A DNA stretch of 64,000 nt from IMG/VR virus record IMGVR_UViG_3300031963_000068, positions 20,231 through 84,230 of that record. One strand, 5' to 3'. Of the stretch, positions 38,550 through 47,960 are shown one piece after another. The notes under the pieces were generated by a model. That model ran no database searches, was not told the origin of the DNA, and saw nothing but the letters and a program-made list of their open reading frames with translations. Origin of the DNA: a virus. Its lineage: Duplodnaviria > Caudoviricetes. The translations under genes were made by a program, and so were the position numbers. The number at the start of each line of letters is the position of its first letter. Position 1 is the first letter of the stretch.

Positions 38550-39595
38550 TTATCTTTTAAAATTTCTTTTGAATTTTTAGCTAAATATTGTACTTGTTTT
38601 CTGAATTGATTATAAAAATCATCCTGCCTATTTAAACCACCACTTGGATTTAATCTATTAGTCATATTTCCAAATTGAGTACAAGTAAGTACTGAACTTT
38701 CTAGTCCAGGTGTTTGATGTGATGTCTCAGTTAAACCCATCATCGTTACTTTTTTAGTAATATTTTCAGGGTCTTTAGTACCCTTAACAACAAACTTTAT
38801 TATGTTCGGGAATTCTTCATGATTCAATTTATCAGCTAACTCCTCAATATGCGCAACATTACCTAAATCATCATCAGAAAAACCTATCATGGCCTTCATG
38901 CCTAATTGACCAGCAAATCTATCAACTTTTGACTTAAACAAAAGTAAGGCTTCTTCTTTAGCCTTTTCAGGATTATCTGGTGTACCACCTCTTGATGGTG
39001 CCGAAACTCCGATAAAATCACAATTGTCTAAATACAATTTTATCAATTCATTCTGTGATGGAACCCCTTTAAGAATTCTTTCTCTGTCAGTAGAAATATC
39101 ATAGAAGTAGGAAAATTTAAGTAAGTTATTATACATACTAAAAAGTTGTTCTTCCGAAAGAACATTATCAATAATCCATTCTGTGCCTATTCTCATAGTT
39201 TCGGGCTCATGACCACGAGCTGTAATAATCGCAAAAAGAGAACCGTTTGATAAACACTCTATAAAATCATCCCAAGCAGGAGCAAATCTATTAGCAGAAA
39301 TTGCTTTTTTTACATCCTCTAAAAAGACTTGACCACCCAAAGGTCCTGTATCTCTGAAGTTAGCAAATGCTTCATCAGCACTTTGATTCAAATATCGGTA
39401 ATTTTCTTTATCATTTCTTACCTCAGCAAACTCTGCAGTTGATACATCTGTTGGTATCCATTGTTCTCCAACTTTTTTCTCAAGTCTAATCATAGTTGGC
39501 ATTCTTAGAATATTATCATCCCAATCAAATGCGTAATATAATAAAATATTAGAATCGCTATTTTCCGATATAAACTGATTAAATCTTGATATCAT
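38528..39595 (-). CDS. HAD-superfamily phosphatase-like protein with capsid-targeting-like N-terminus
   Basis: YAFDWDDNI (motif I), IITARG (II), K (III), GFSDDD (IV); start revised to MISRFNQFISE at 39595. Confidence 0.75.
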   Translation of the reverse strand: MISRFNQFISENSDSNILLYYAFDWDDNILRMPTMIRLEKKVGEQWIPTDVSTAEFAEVRNDKENYRYLNQSADEAFANFRDTGPLGGQVFLEDVKKAISANRFAPAWDDFIECLSNGSLFAIITARGHEPETMRIGTEWIIDNVLSEEQLFSMYNNLLKFSYFYDISTDRERILKGVPSQNELIKLYLDNCDFIGVSAPSRGGTPDNPEKAKEEALLLFKSKVDRFAGQLGMKAMIGFSDDDLGNVAHIEELADKLNHEEFPNIIKFVVKGTKDPENITKKVTMMGLTETSHQTPGLESSVLTCTQFGNMTNRLNPSGGLNRQDDFYNQFRKQVQYLAKNSKEILKDKKRKSSK

Positions 39596-39599
39596 AAAT

Positions 39600-39947
39600 T
39601 TATTTCTTTGATTTCTTATTGATAAAAGATTGAAAAGATTCAAGTGCAGCAGGTTCTCTAACTTCTTCTTCACCTTCTTCCATTTCTTCTTCACCTTCTT
39701 CCATTTCTTCTTCAAAGTCATCACCTTCTTCTGACTCATCATCAAAGTCTTCTTCTTCATCTTGACCAAATTCGTCAAAATCTTGAACTTCTTCAGCATC
39801 ATCGTCTTCATCTTGACCTTGACCTTCTTCAACTTCAATAGAGAATTCTTCAACTACTTCGTCATCTTTCTCAGCTTTAACAGAAATGACACCGTTTGCG
39901 AATTCAATTTCTATTTCATATCCTTCTATTTCAACTTTAGTTTTCAT
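39600..39947 (-). CDS. Highly acidic late protein
   Basis: Long D/E tract with EEEMEEG repeats; C-term LESFQSFINKKSKK. Confidence 0.65.
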   Translation of the reverse strand: MKTKVEIEGYEIEIEFANGVISVKAEKDDEVVEEFSIEVEEGQGQDEDDDAEEVQDFDEFGQDEEEDFDDESEEGDDFEEEMEEGEEEMEEGEEEVREPAALESFQSFINKKSKK

Positions 39948-39996
39948 AAATTAATAATTTTTTTTATTATATATTAAAAACTAAAATTCACTTTTA

Positions 39997-40024
39997 AAAC
40001 TATTTTCTAAATTCAAATAAAATA
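39997..40024 (+). promoter_or_regulatory. Putative non-late promoter AAAC-N16-ATAAAATA
   Basis: Upstream of clpP; recurrent spacing. Confidence 0.5.
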
Positions 40025-40041
40025 AAAAACTATAATAATTT

Positions 40042-40698
40042 ATGCAAAAAGACTTTGAAAAATATTTAATCAGTAAAAATATATCTAGTGTTTATTCCAA
40101 TGATTATTTCAAAAAAATTCAAAAAAATAGTTCACATTTCTTAGATACTAATGGTCTACCTTTTGATATTTTTTCCAAACTATTAGAAGACAGAATAATT
40201 TTCCTATCAACCGATATTGATGATTACATATGTAACTTAATAAAAGCTCAGCTTTTATATTTAGAAATGGAAAGCGATGACGATATTTCTATCTATATTG
40301 ATAGTGGAGGAGGTTCTGTTTATTCCGGACTTGGTTTATTAGACGTTATGGATTTTGTTAAGCCTGATATTGCAACAGTCAATACAGGATTAGCAGCTTC
40401 AATGGCCGCTGTAATTTTATGTTCTGGTACAAAAGGAAAAAGAAAAGCACTAAAACGTAGTAGAACAATGATACATCAACCATTAACATATGGTGGTTGG
40501 ATGCAACAAGCTTCGGATGTAGAAATTGAAGCAAAGGAAATGAATACTTTGAAAAAAGAATTATATGAAATCATATCTGATAGAACAGGACAAACTTATG
40601 ACAGAGTTTATAAAGATGGTGACAGAGATTACTGGATGTCTGCAATTGATGCAAAAAAATACGGTATGATTGATGAAATTGTAGTTAAAAGAAAATAA
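40042..40698 (+). CDS. clpP: ATP-dependent Clp protease proteolytic subunit
   Basis: DIFSKLLEDRIIFL, YIDSGGGSV, GLAASMAA (Ser), MIHQP (His), RDYWMSA (Asp). Confidence 0.95.
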   Translation: MQKDFEKYLISKNISSVYSNDYFKKIQKNSSHFLDTNGLPFDIFSKLLEDRIIFLSTDIDDYICNLIKAQLLYLEMESDDDISIYIDSGGGSVYSGLGLLDVMDFVKPDIATVNTGLAASMAAVILCSGTKGKRKALKRSRTMIHQPLTYGGWMQQASDVEIEAKEMNTLKKELYEIISDRTGQTYDRVYKDGDRDYWMSAIDAKKYGMIDEIVVKRK

Positions 40699-40729
40699 AA
40701 AAAACCCACTTTGAAAGTGGGTTTTTTTT
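40697..40729. terminator. Bidirectional intrinsic terminator
   Basis: AAAAAACCCACTT-TGA-AAGTGGGTTTTTT. Confidence 0.85.
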
Positions 40730-41003
40730 ATTCTCCTTTCTTCTTAGAAGGCTTTTTAGCTTTAGGCTTTGACTCACCTTCAACTTTCTTTTGTGATTTA
40801 GGTTTCACTTCAGTAGTTTCTGGTTTTGTTTTTTTCACCTTAGCCTTGATTTCTTTAGCAGTTACTTTTTCTTCAACTTTTGGAGCCTCAACTTTTTCAA
40901 CTTTTGGAGCCTCAACTTTAGCAACTACCTCAACTTCTTTAGTGACAACAACTTCTTCCTTCTTCCCACTAAACAAATTTTTAAAAAACGATACTATACT
41001 CAT
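40728..41003 (-). CDS. Lys/Glu-rich small protein
   Basis: Amphipathic N-term MSIVSFFKNLFSG, KVEAPKVE repeats, basic tail; late motif upstream. Confidence 0.6.
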   Translation of the reverse strand: MSIVSFFKNLFSGKKEEVVVTKEVEVVAKVEAPKVEKVEAPKVEEKVTAKEIKAKVKKTKPETTEVKPKSQKKVEGESKPKAKKPSKKKGE

Positions 41004-41112
41004 GACTATAATTATTTTTTATTATATATCATAAACAAAACACTCCCTATTTAAAAAACCACAAAAAAATTAAGGTTTAAACAAAAATCCTTATTTTATA
41101 TATAATCATGAG

Positions 41113-42729
41113 ATGAAGTTTAGATATGATAAACAGTCGGAAGAGCTTGTGGTTACAGAGGCAACCAGAACAGAATATCACCAGTTAGATTTGTGGCTGA
41201 CTAGACATGTTAAGGGCTATAGATTTATGCCCGCATTTAAAATGGGTGTTTGGAATGGACAACAAACTTATTTCAAAAATGGAAAAATTAATTTAGGTCT
41301 TTGGAAAGAAGCACTAAAAGGCTGTCAAGAAATAGGCTCACCTTTTTTTATGGAAAACAAAATTGATTTTCCAATAAACAGAGATGTAACTTTAGAAAAG
41401 GTGCAAGAGTTCTGTAAAGAGTTTTTTAAATTTCATAAAGTAAGAACTAAATCCGGAGAATGGATTCAATTTATGCCTTATGATCATCAGATTGAATCGG
41501 CATATAAAATCCTAAAAAATAGATACTGCATGGCAGAAGTTGCCACATCAGGTGGTAAATCTTTAATCATATCAATTGTTATGTTCTATACTCTAAAACA
41601 CATACAACCAGATGCAAAAATTTTAATTATCGTTCCATCAATAACTCTCGTAACACAATTCTACGACAATATAATTGAATATAATTGGGGTATAAACACC
41701 TTAACTGAAATGAGAGAAAAAAAAATTGATTCAGTATTAAATCCAGATGCAAAATATTCACCATGTGATGTTAGAGTAGAAGAAATTATGTCCGAAAGAC
41801 CAAGAAAACATTCAGGTACTCAAGACGCTAATATTTACATCGGAACTTACCAATCTCTTGAAAAATGGCCAAAAGAATTTTTTCAACAATTTCACACGGT
41901 TGTAACCGACGAGGCACACGGTGCAAAAGCAAAAACAATTACAACAATTTTACAAAAAACTTTTAAACATGCTTATTGTAGATTCGGTGTGTCAGGTACC
42001 TTTCCAGATGATGATAGTTGTGAGATTCTTACTATACAATCTGTCTTAGGTCCAAAAATTACCGAGGTTTCAGCAAATGAATTAAAAGAAAAAGGTATCA
42101 TAACGCCTATGGATATAAAAGTTGTTTTGATGAACCACGATGATATTGATTTTGATTCAAGAATTAAGGAGATAAGAAAGGGTGGTTATGGAAAAGAAGC
42201 GTTTGAAATAGAAAAGGACTACATTCACATTTCCGACAAAAGACTTGAATTTATAAAAAAAATAGTTGAGAAATGCGATACAAATACTCTACTACTTTTT
42301 CACACTATAGACTATGGTCAAACTATCTTTAATAAACTTTCTAAAGAAATAAAAGATAAAGACTTTTTTTATATAGATGGTGAAATTTCCGGAAAAAAGA
42401 GAGAAGAAATAAAAAAACAAATGGATTCAACTGAAGGAAATGTAAAAGTTTTAGTTGCATCATATGGTACGTTATCTACAGGAGTCTCAATTAACGCTAT
42501 TTTTAATGTAATATTTGCAGATTCTTTCAAATCCGAACAAATAATTATACAATCTATAGGTAGGGCACTTAGATTACATTCGGATAAAAAGAAAGCTAAT
42601 ATTTTTGACTTAGTAGATGTATATAATTCGGAAAATTTTAATAATATATTATTTAGACACTTTAAAGAAAGAGAAAAGTTTTATATAAAAAGAAGCTATC
42701 CATATAAAATCATAAAGATAAATTTGTAG
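41113..42729 (+). CDS. uvsW: UvsW-like SF2 DNA helicase
   Basis: PYDHQ, ATSGGKS, IIVPSITLVTQ, DEAH, GVSGT, STGVSI, QSIGRALR. Confidence 0.92.
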   Translation: MKFRYDKQSEELVVTEATRTEYHQLDLWLTRHVKGYRFMPAFKMGVWNGQQTYFKNGKINLGLWKEALKGCQEIGSPFFMENKIDFPINRDVTLEKVQEFCKEFFKFHKVRTKSGEWIQFMPYDHQIESAYKILKNRYCMAEVATSGGKSLIISIVMFYTLKHIQPDAKILIIVPSITLVTQFYDNIIEYNWGINTLTEMREKKIDSVLNPDAKYSPCDVRVEEIMSERPRKHSGTQDANIYIGTYQSLEKWPKEFFQQFHTVVTDEAHGAKAKTITTILQKTFKHAYCRFGVSGTFPDDDSCEILTIQSVLGPKITEVSANELKEKGIITPMDIKVVLMNHDDIDFDSRIKEIRKGGYGKEAFEIEKDYIHISDKRLEFIKKIVEKCDTNTLLLFHTIDYGQTIFNKLSKEIKDKDFFYIDGEISGKKREEIKKQMDSTEGNVKVLVASYGTLSTGVSINAIFNVIFADSFKSEQIIIQSIGRALRLHSDKKKANIFDLVDVYNSENFNNILFRHFKEREKFYIKRSYPYKIIKINL

Positions 42730-42760
42730 CGGGTAGTTTGACTATCAGAATATATAGTTT

Positions 42761-45700
42761 ATGGCTATAGAAGTTGCTAGTACGAATATAATACTTGATA
42801 AAAGTGGACCAAAAGATGGTGATTATAATCCACAAAGTAAAACTTGGGCCGAAAAAGTAATCGGTACCTGGAAATCTGAAATTCTACCAAACACTGGAAA
42901 TTCGAGAATAACTGTTCAAGTATCAGGTAATTATGATACAAAAGGCTGGCCTTATGGTGGTGGAGGCGACGCTTTACACTCTTTTGAAAACAGAAAAAAA
43001 GACAAAACCGGGGGTAGAATGAATACAAACGTTAATAACGTTTTGAAAGCCATTTACAACGAACGCAAAATTAATCCCAAAATAAAATCAATATCTGTTG
43101 AAATGACTGGCTCAGTAGTGAGTTGGAAAGTCACAATAGAAGAAAGCGATGATGGTAAAGCATGGGTTGGATTAACAAGTAGAGGAGGTGCTGGTGGCGG
43201 CGCATCGAAAGGTGGAAGACCTGATATTGAGACCCAATTGAGTAAAAAGAAAAAAGGTCTACCAGGTGAAATAGGTGAAAGTAGTATAGACTTCAATGAA
43301 GTTTTAAATTATATAAATACACAACAAGATATTAGACAAGTGTTTATTCAATATACTAGTCCAACAAAATATCCTCCATTACCTTCTAACGCTGCTACAA
43401 ACGCACCATCAGATGGTTTGGTTGGACCACAATCTGCAAATCCTGCAAATGCAAATCAACCACAAGCAAACCCGACACTGCCATATTTAATAAAGAGTAA
43501 AATAAGTCTTAAAAAAATTAGTGGACCAGGTGAAATAGTTGGCGTCGTTGAAGTTGATGCTATAGATGGTAGAGCTGATTTCTCAGGTATTCAATTTACT
43601 GATCCAGGTAACTATATCATTCAAGTTCTACCATCAAACTCTCAACAACTAATTGGAACGACTTTTTCAGTGACAGTGAGTGGTGAGCCAATTGAAGAAC
43701 AACCACAGACAGGAGAGGACAAACCAATTACAGGTAACAGACCAATAATAGCACAAATAGATGAGCCTCGTGTAAAACTTAAACCAATGGTACATCCAGC
43801 TAGTGATAACAACATAGATAACGCAAGTATAGCAACGTCTACCGGTGCAATTCCCTTTGTTTATTATGACGGAACTCAGATAAACCCAGTAGATATTGAT
43901 AATCTTGAGCTTTATTATGAGGATTGTGTTCCAAAAATAAGAATGACTATAAACGATACAACAGGTAGATTAAGAATAGCCGAGTCAAATCCTATAAGAG
44001 ACCCCAAAATACAAATATTTATGAATCCGGGTTCAAGTGTTTTAAAATTCATACACCTGCAATTTATAATAACTTCAAACTCTGAGAGAAAAAATGGTTT
44101 ATTGACAATTTTTGGCACACTAGATATAAAAGGATTTTATAAAAAGAGTACTAAATCATATAAATCAACTTCTTTCAATGCACTAAGAGAATTTGCAAAA
44201 GATATGGATTTAGGCTTTAATTCAAACATAACTGATACTGATGATGAGCAAGTCTGGTCGAGAAAAAATGGCACAGGTTCGGATTTTATAAAAGAGGTCT
44301 TTCAACATGCTTATATAAATGACGATACTTTTGTAATGGCATACATTGATTATTACTACTGCCTAACATATGTAGATGTTCAAAAAGAATTAGAAAGAGA
44401 TATTACTTCGGATGTTGGTTTATTAAGTAATGGTGTCACATTAGCAACAGACACACCAGAGGAAAAGAAAATAGTACCAATGATTATAAGTAATGAATAT
44501 AAGGCACATGGTGGTCCTTTCACGTTTATGAGCCCTGCTAAAGTGACAAACAACACAGAACAAATTAATAGACAATATGGTACACAGACAGAAAGTAAAT
44601 CATATGATAGATTAGGAAAGAAATTTTTAGTGTTTGTTGTTGATGCTTTGACTGGTGATAGAACTAAGAACGTTGAAACAAGAACAGAAGATGACATGAA
44701 GACCAATACTCTACCAAGTTTTGGCGGTAAAGTTGACTATGATAGCGTTCATAAAAACTACGCAATTGCATATGATATGCAGGTGCGAAACTTCTTAATG
44801 TTATCAAATAACACGGCTGAATGTTACTTCCCAACTCCAAATTTCAACATATATCGATATCAAAAAATTAAAGCCATATTTGTAAATCCAAGAACAACAG
44901 CTACTGATCCAGAAGTAATAAATGTAAGACAAACAGGTGAGTGGACCGTTTTAGAAATTTCATTTATATTTAAAAAGGGAACACTCTCTCAAAAGGTAAT
45001 ATTAGGTAGAAGAGAGTTAAGTAAAACAGCCGAGGAGATTAATAGGGAAGTTGTGGAACCAGATAAAAAAGACAATGCAGAAATTAATGAGAATCCTGAT
45101 ACTGAAAACAAAATTGTACCAAATAGTACTTATACCGTCGGTCAACGGGTTTTAGTAGAACAAAACGGAAAACAATATATCATAGAAGTAACATCTGTCT
45201 TAGACAACGGTGTTGATATAGAGGGTACAATAACTGATTTTAATATTGTATCTGAAAAGACTTCAGAATCTATGCAAGCGGATACACCAGTTGGTGAACA
45301 AAAACCAAGTGAAAAAGGCGAAGTTACTTTAGAACAGGCTAATAGTAGGTCTAAAAATTCTTATAACTATAGTTATTTAGAAAAAGAAATGCAACTAGGT
45401 CTTTTTAAACAAATAACTATAAAAGATAAAGATAGTAAGATTATTATGACAGTTGATAATATTTCTGAACCAATGATATCTCAATCAAATTTAATCTGGT
45501 TAGCAGTTGAAAAATCAGGTGACCAACTGAGAGATCCATCAGAAACACCTACACCAACTCAAACACCAGCAGGTCAAGAATATATAATAGGTATGAAAGA
45601 TCCTAAAACTGATAATGATAAAAAGATTACCGGTAAAATAGTAATAGAATCAGGAGGTAGTGACAGAATAGCAAAAGCCGAAATCGGAGGATTTCCAGAT

Positions 45701-45844
45701 GGAAAAACTATAGGGCCTATTGAAGGCGGAAGAACAAAAGTCGGATTACCAGTTGACGGGGTTATTGGTGAAAGTTTAATTAGACTACAAGATTTGATAA
45801 TTCAACAATATAATACTAACATAACCTTAGAAGTTAAAAATTAA
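42761..45844 (+). CDS. Large baseplate hub-like structural protein (putative)
   Basis: 1027 aa; central region (VPKIRMTINDTTG...TSFNALREFAKDMDLGFNSN...GEWTVLEISF) resembles gp27/gpD-type hub organisation; located in baseplate cluster. Confidence 0.45.
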   Translation: MAIEVASTNIILDKSGPKDGDYNPQSKTWAEKVIGTWKSEILPNTGNSRITVQVSGNYDTKGWPYGGGGDALHSFENRKKDKTGGRMNTNVNNVLKAIYNERKINPKIKSISVEMTGSVVSWKVTIEESDDGKAWVGLTSRGGAGGGASKGGRPDIETQLSKKKKGLPGEIGESSIDFNEVLNYINTQQDIRQVFIQYTSPTKYPPLPSNAATNAPSDGLVGPQSANPANANQPQANPTLPYLIKSKISLKKISGPGEIVGVVEVDAIDGRADFSGIQFTDPGNYIIQVLPSNSQQLIGTTFSVTVSGEPIEEQPQTGEDKPITGNRPIIAQIDEPRVKLKPMVHPASDNNIDNASIATSTGAIPFVYYDGTQINPVDIDNLELYYEDCVPKIRMTINDTTGRLRIAESNPIRDPKIQIFMNPGSSVLKFIHLQFIITSNSERKNGLLTIFGTLDIKGFYKKSTKSYKSTSFNALREFAKDMDLGFNSNITDTDDEQVWSRKNGTGSDFIKEVFQHAYINDDTFVMAYIDYYYCLTYVDVQKELERDITSDVGLLSNGVTLATDTPEEKKIVPMIISNEYKAHGGPFTFMSPAKVTNNTEQINRQYGTQTESKSYDRLGKKFLVFVVDALTGDRTKNVETRTEDDMKTNTLPSFGGKVDYDSVHKNYAIAYDMQVRNFLMLSNNTAECYFPTPNFNIYRYQKIKAIFVNPRTTATDPEVINVRQTGEWTVLEISFIFKKGTLSQKVILGRRELSKTAEEINREVVEPDKKDNAEINENPDTENKIVPNSTYTVGQRVLVEQNGKQYIIEVTSVLDNGVDIEGTITDFNIVSEKTSESMQADTPVGEQKPSEKGEVTLEQANSRSKNSYNYSYLEKEMQLGLFKQITIKDKDSKIIMTVDNISEPMISQSNLIWLAVEKSGDQLRDPSETPTPTQTPAGQEYIIGMKDPKTDNDKKITGKIVIESGGSDRIAKAEIGGFPDGKTIGPIEGGRTKVGLPVDGVIGESLIRLQDLIIQQYNTNITLEVKN

Positions 45845-45849
45845 AAATT

Positions 45850-47916
45850 ATGGCACAACTAACTCAAAAAGTACTAGACTATTTTACATACGCATATGAT
45901 TCGAAAGGTCAAAAAATGGGTAATACTGGATTCAAAGCCGAAGATCTTTTAACAGCGGTAAGAATTAGAAGCTCTAAATTAAAACCAAAATATCAAGGAG
46001 GACTTGATAAAGTTATATTCTTAGCTAAGAATGATAAAAAAACACTTCAATATGTTATTAAATCACAAATTATTCTTGATGATGGTAGTTACACCGTTAT
46101 TATGTCAGCATATTCACCTTCCGGGTCAACACTTGTTGGGCAAAATGGAGTCACTTGGGGTAAAGATGGTGTAAAAGAAATAATAGAAAGTGAAGAAAAA
46201 CAACTTGAGGTGATTAATAACCTGCTAAAATATAATGAGTTTCAAATACAAGCAAAATATAAAGATGATTTTATTGAAGATGGTCCGTGGACTATAATAC
46301 AAAATCCTTGGAATCCTGATGTAATACCACCTCAAGCCTTAGAAACTAAACCATCACCACCATTCAAACCAGAAGAAACTTTTATACCTTGCACATCAAA
46401 TGGATTTATAAGCGAAAATGCTTACACAAAAAGTTATAAATTTATAATAAAAGAACCACCAACATATCCAGAAGAAAGTAATGTTTACGCAGTGGTCTGG
46501 GTAATGAGTTTGGAAGAATTTTCTAAAGTAAATCAAAAAGATGCTGAAGTATTGGCTGGTATTAAAATTGTGAATAATACTGAAATACAGAGACCAGTAA
46601 AGGATAATTATTATCTTGTTGGTCACATATACTCTTTTCCAGAGGTGAATCCTAAAACTAAACAACCACTTTATGATCCATTTTACGAGGTTCGAGAAAG
46701 AGAAGGAAAAAAATTTATTAATTTAGATACAACAAGAGGCTTCAGATTAGAAACTCAAGAACTAAGTGAAAGTAGTACGGTGGATGACTTTATAAATTTA
46801 GAAGTTAACACTTATCTTACAAGTCTTTATAAGGATATCGTTTATGGTACTAAACAAACTACACAATGGACAGAAGCCTACGAAAAATTCAAAAATAATC
46901 AAATTACGGATGCACAACTTACAAAAGTTTATGAAAATATTCATAATCTACCGGAGTTTAAATTTAACCTAATTCAATCTGAAGTACCGGTACAAAAACA
47001 AGAAGCTACACCTGATCCAGAAACAACTCAACCAGCAATAGTAGAACCATTCAAAAGTGGAAAATATATCTTTAACGTAGGTACGGTAAGCAATAGTGGT
47101 ATTTTAACAAATTCAGAGCTAGGCACATTCAGCGTAGTCAATCCATTTCTTGATGAGAATCCTTATCAATATACAGAACTCGATGAGAATATTGTTGATG
47201 ATGAATATAGTGAGGTTTCAGCAACAGATTTAGACGAAGCGTCACAGGAAGTTCCTAAATACCTAATTGACGACAGAGCAGATCAACCAAGCACTTCAGA
47301 AAGTTCCGGCACAGGAACTGGCACAAATGACGGTGGAGGAGGTTCTAATGAAACAGCACCTACTGTCTCAATAGATGGTCTGTCACCATGGACAAGAAAA
47401 ATTAGCAGATTGACTAAAGGAAATACTTGGCAAGACCATGCAGCAAATTACATTTCACTGAAAGAAGGATTCACATCAAAAGCATCCTGGGATGTCAATC
47501 ACTACAGAATGGGATATGGTACTGAAGTTATAGTGAAAAATGGAGTAAAATACGAGGTGAAACAGGGTGATACTTGTACAAAAGAAGAAGCAGTTGTAAC
47601 ATTAGCGAAGTATGGTATTCCAGAATATTCTAAACAAATAGGTAAAGATATTGGTGCTAATTGGGATAAGTTAACAGGTTACCAAAAAGCAGCACTTACA
47701 AGTCTTGGTTATAATGTTGGTGCTTATTACATCACATCAAGAGGGTATGGTAAAAGAATTAAAAAAGCTATAGATAAAGGCGACTACAAAGAAGCCGCAA
47801 AAGAAATACTAAACGGACCAAGAAGTGCAGGTGGTAAGGTATTAAAAGCATTAGTGCGAAGAAGAGAAGAAGAGGCTCAATTGTTTTTACTACCAGATAG
47901 TAAATCTATTTACTAA
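45850..47916 (+). CDS. Baseplate-associated protein with C-terminal GH24 lysozyme
   Basis: KEGF...WD...MGYG, QKAALTSLGYNVG, LVRRREEEAQLF. Confidence 0.8.
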   Translation: MAQLTQKVLDYFTYAYDSKGQKMGNTGFKAEDLLTAVRIRSSKLKPKYQGGLDKVIFLAKNDKKTLQYVIKSQIILDDGSYTVIMSAYSPSGSTLVGQNGVTWGKDGVKEIIESEEKQLEVINNLLKYNEFQIQAKYKDDFIEDGPWTIIQNPWNPDVIPPQALETKPSPPFKPEETFIPCTSNGFISENAYTKSYKFIIKEPPTYPEESNVYAVVWVMSLEEFSKVNQKDAEVLAGIKIVNNTEIQRPVKDNYYLVGHIYSFPEVNPKTKQPLYDPFYEVREREGKKFINLDTTRGFRLETQELSESSTVDDFINLEVNTYLTSLYKDIVYGTKQTTQWTEAYEKFKNNQITDAQLTKVYENIHNLPEFKFNLIQSEVPVQKQEATPDPETTQPAIVEPFKSGKYIFNVGTVSNSGILTNSELGTFSVVNPFLDENPYQYTELDENIVDDEYSEVSATDLDEASQEVPKYLIDDRADQPSTSESSGTGTGTNDGGGGSNETAPTVSIDGLSPWTRKISRLTKGNTWQDHAANYISLKEGFTSKASWDVNHYRMGYGTEVIVKNGVKYEVKQGDTCTKEEAVVTLAKYGIPEYSKQIGKDIGANWDKLTGYQKAALTSLGYNVGAYYITSRGYGKRIKKAIDKGDYKEAAKEILNGPRSAGGKVLKALVRRREEEAQLFLLPDSKSIY

Positions 47917-47960
47917 AAAGAAAGACTTATTTTATATATAAAACAAAATATAATTTAAGT

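Noticed and set aside
39596-39853. Lys-rich N-terminal extension of the HAD ORF
   Set aside because: Alternate-frame read of the acidic gene 39600..39947; the tag-bearing ATG at 39595 is the better start
40711-41034. Plus-strand 107-aa hydrophobic ORF
   Set aside because: Antisense of the Lys/Glu-rich gene, begins inside the terminator
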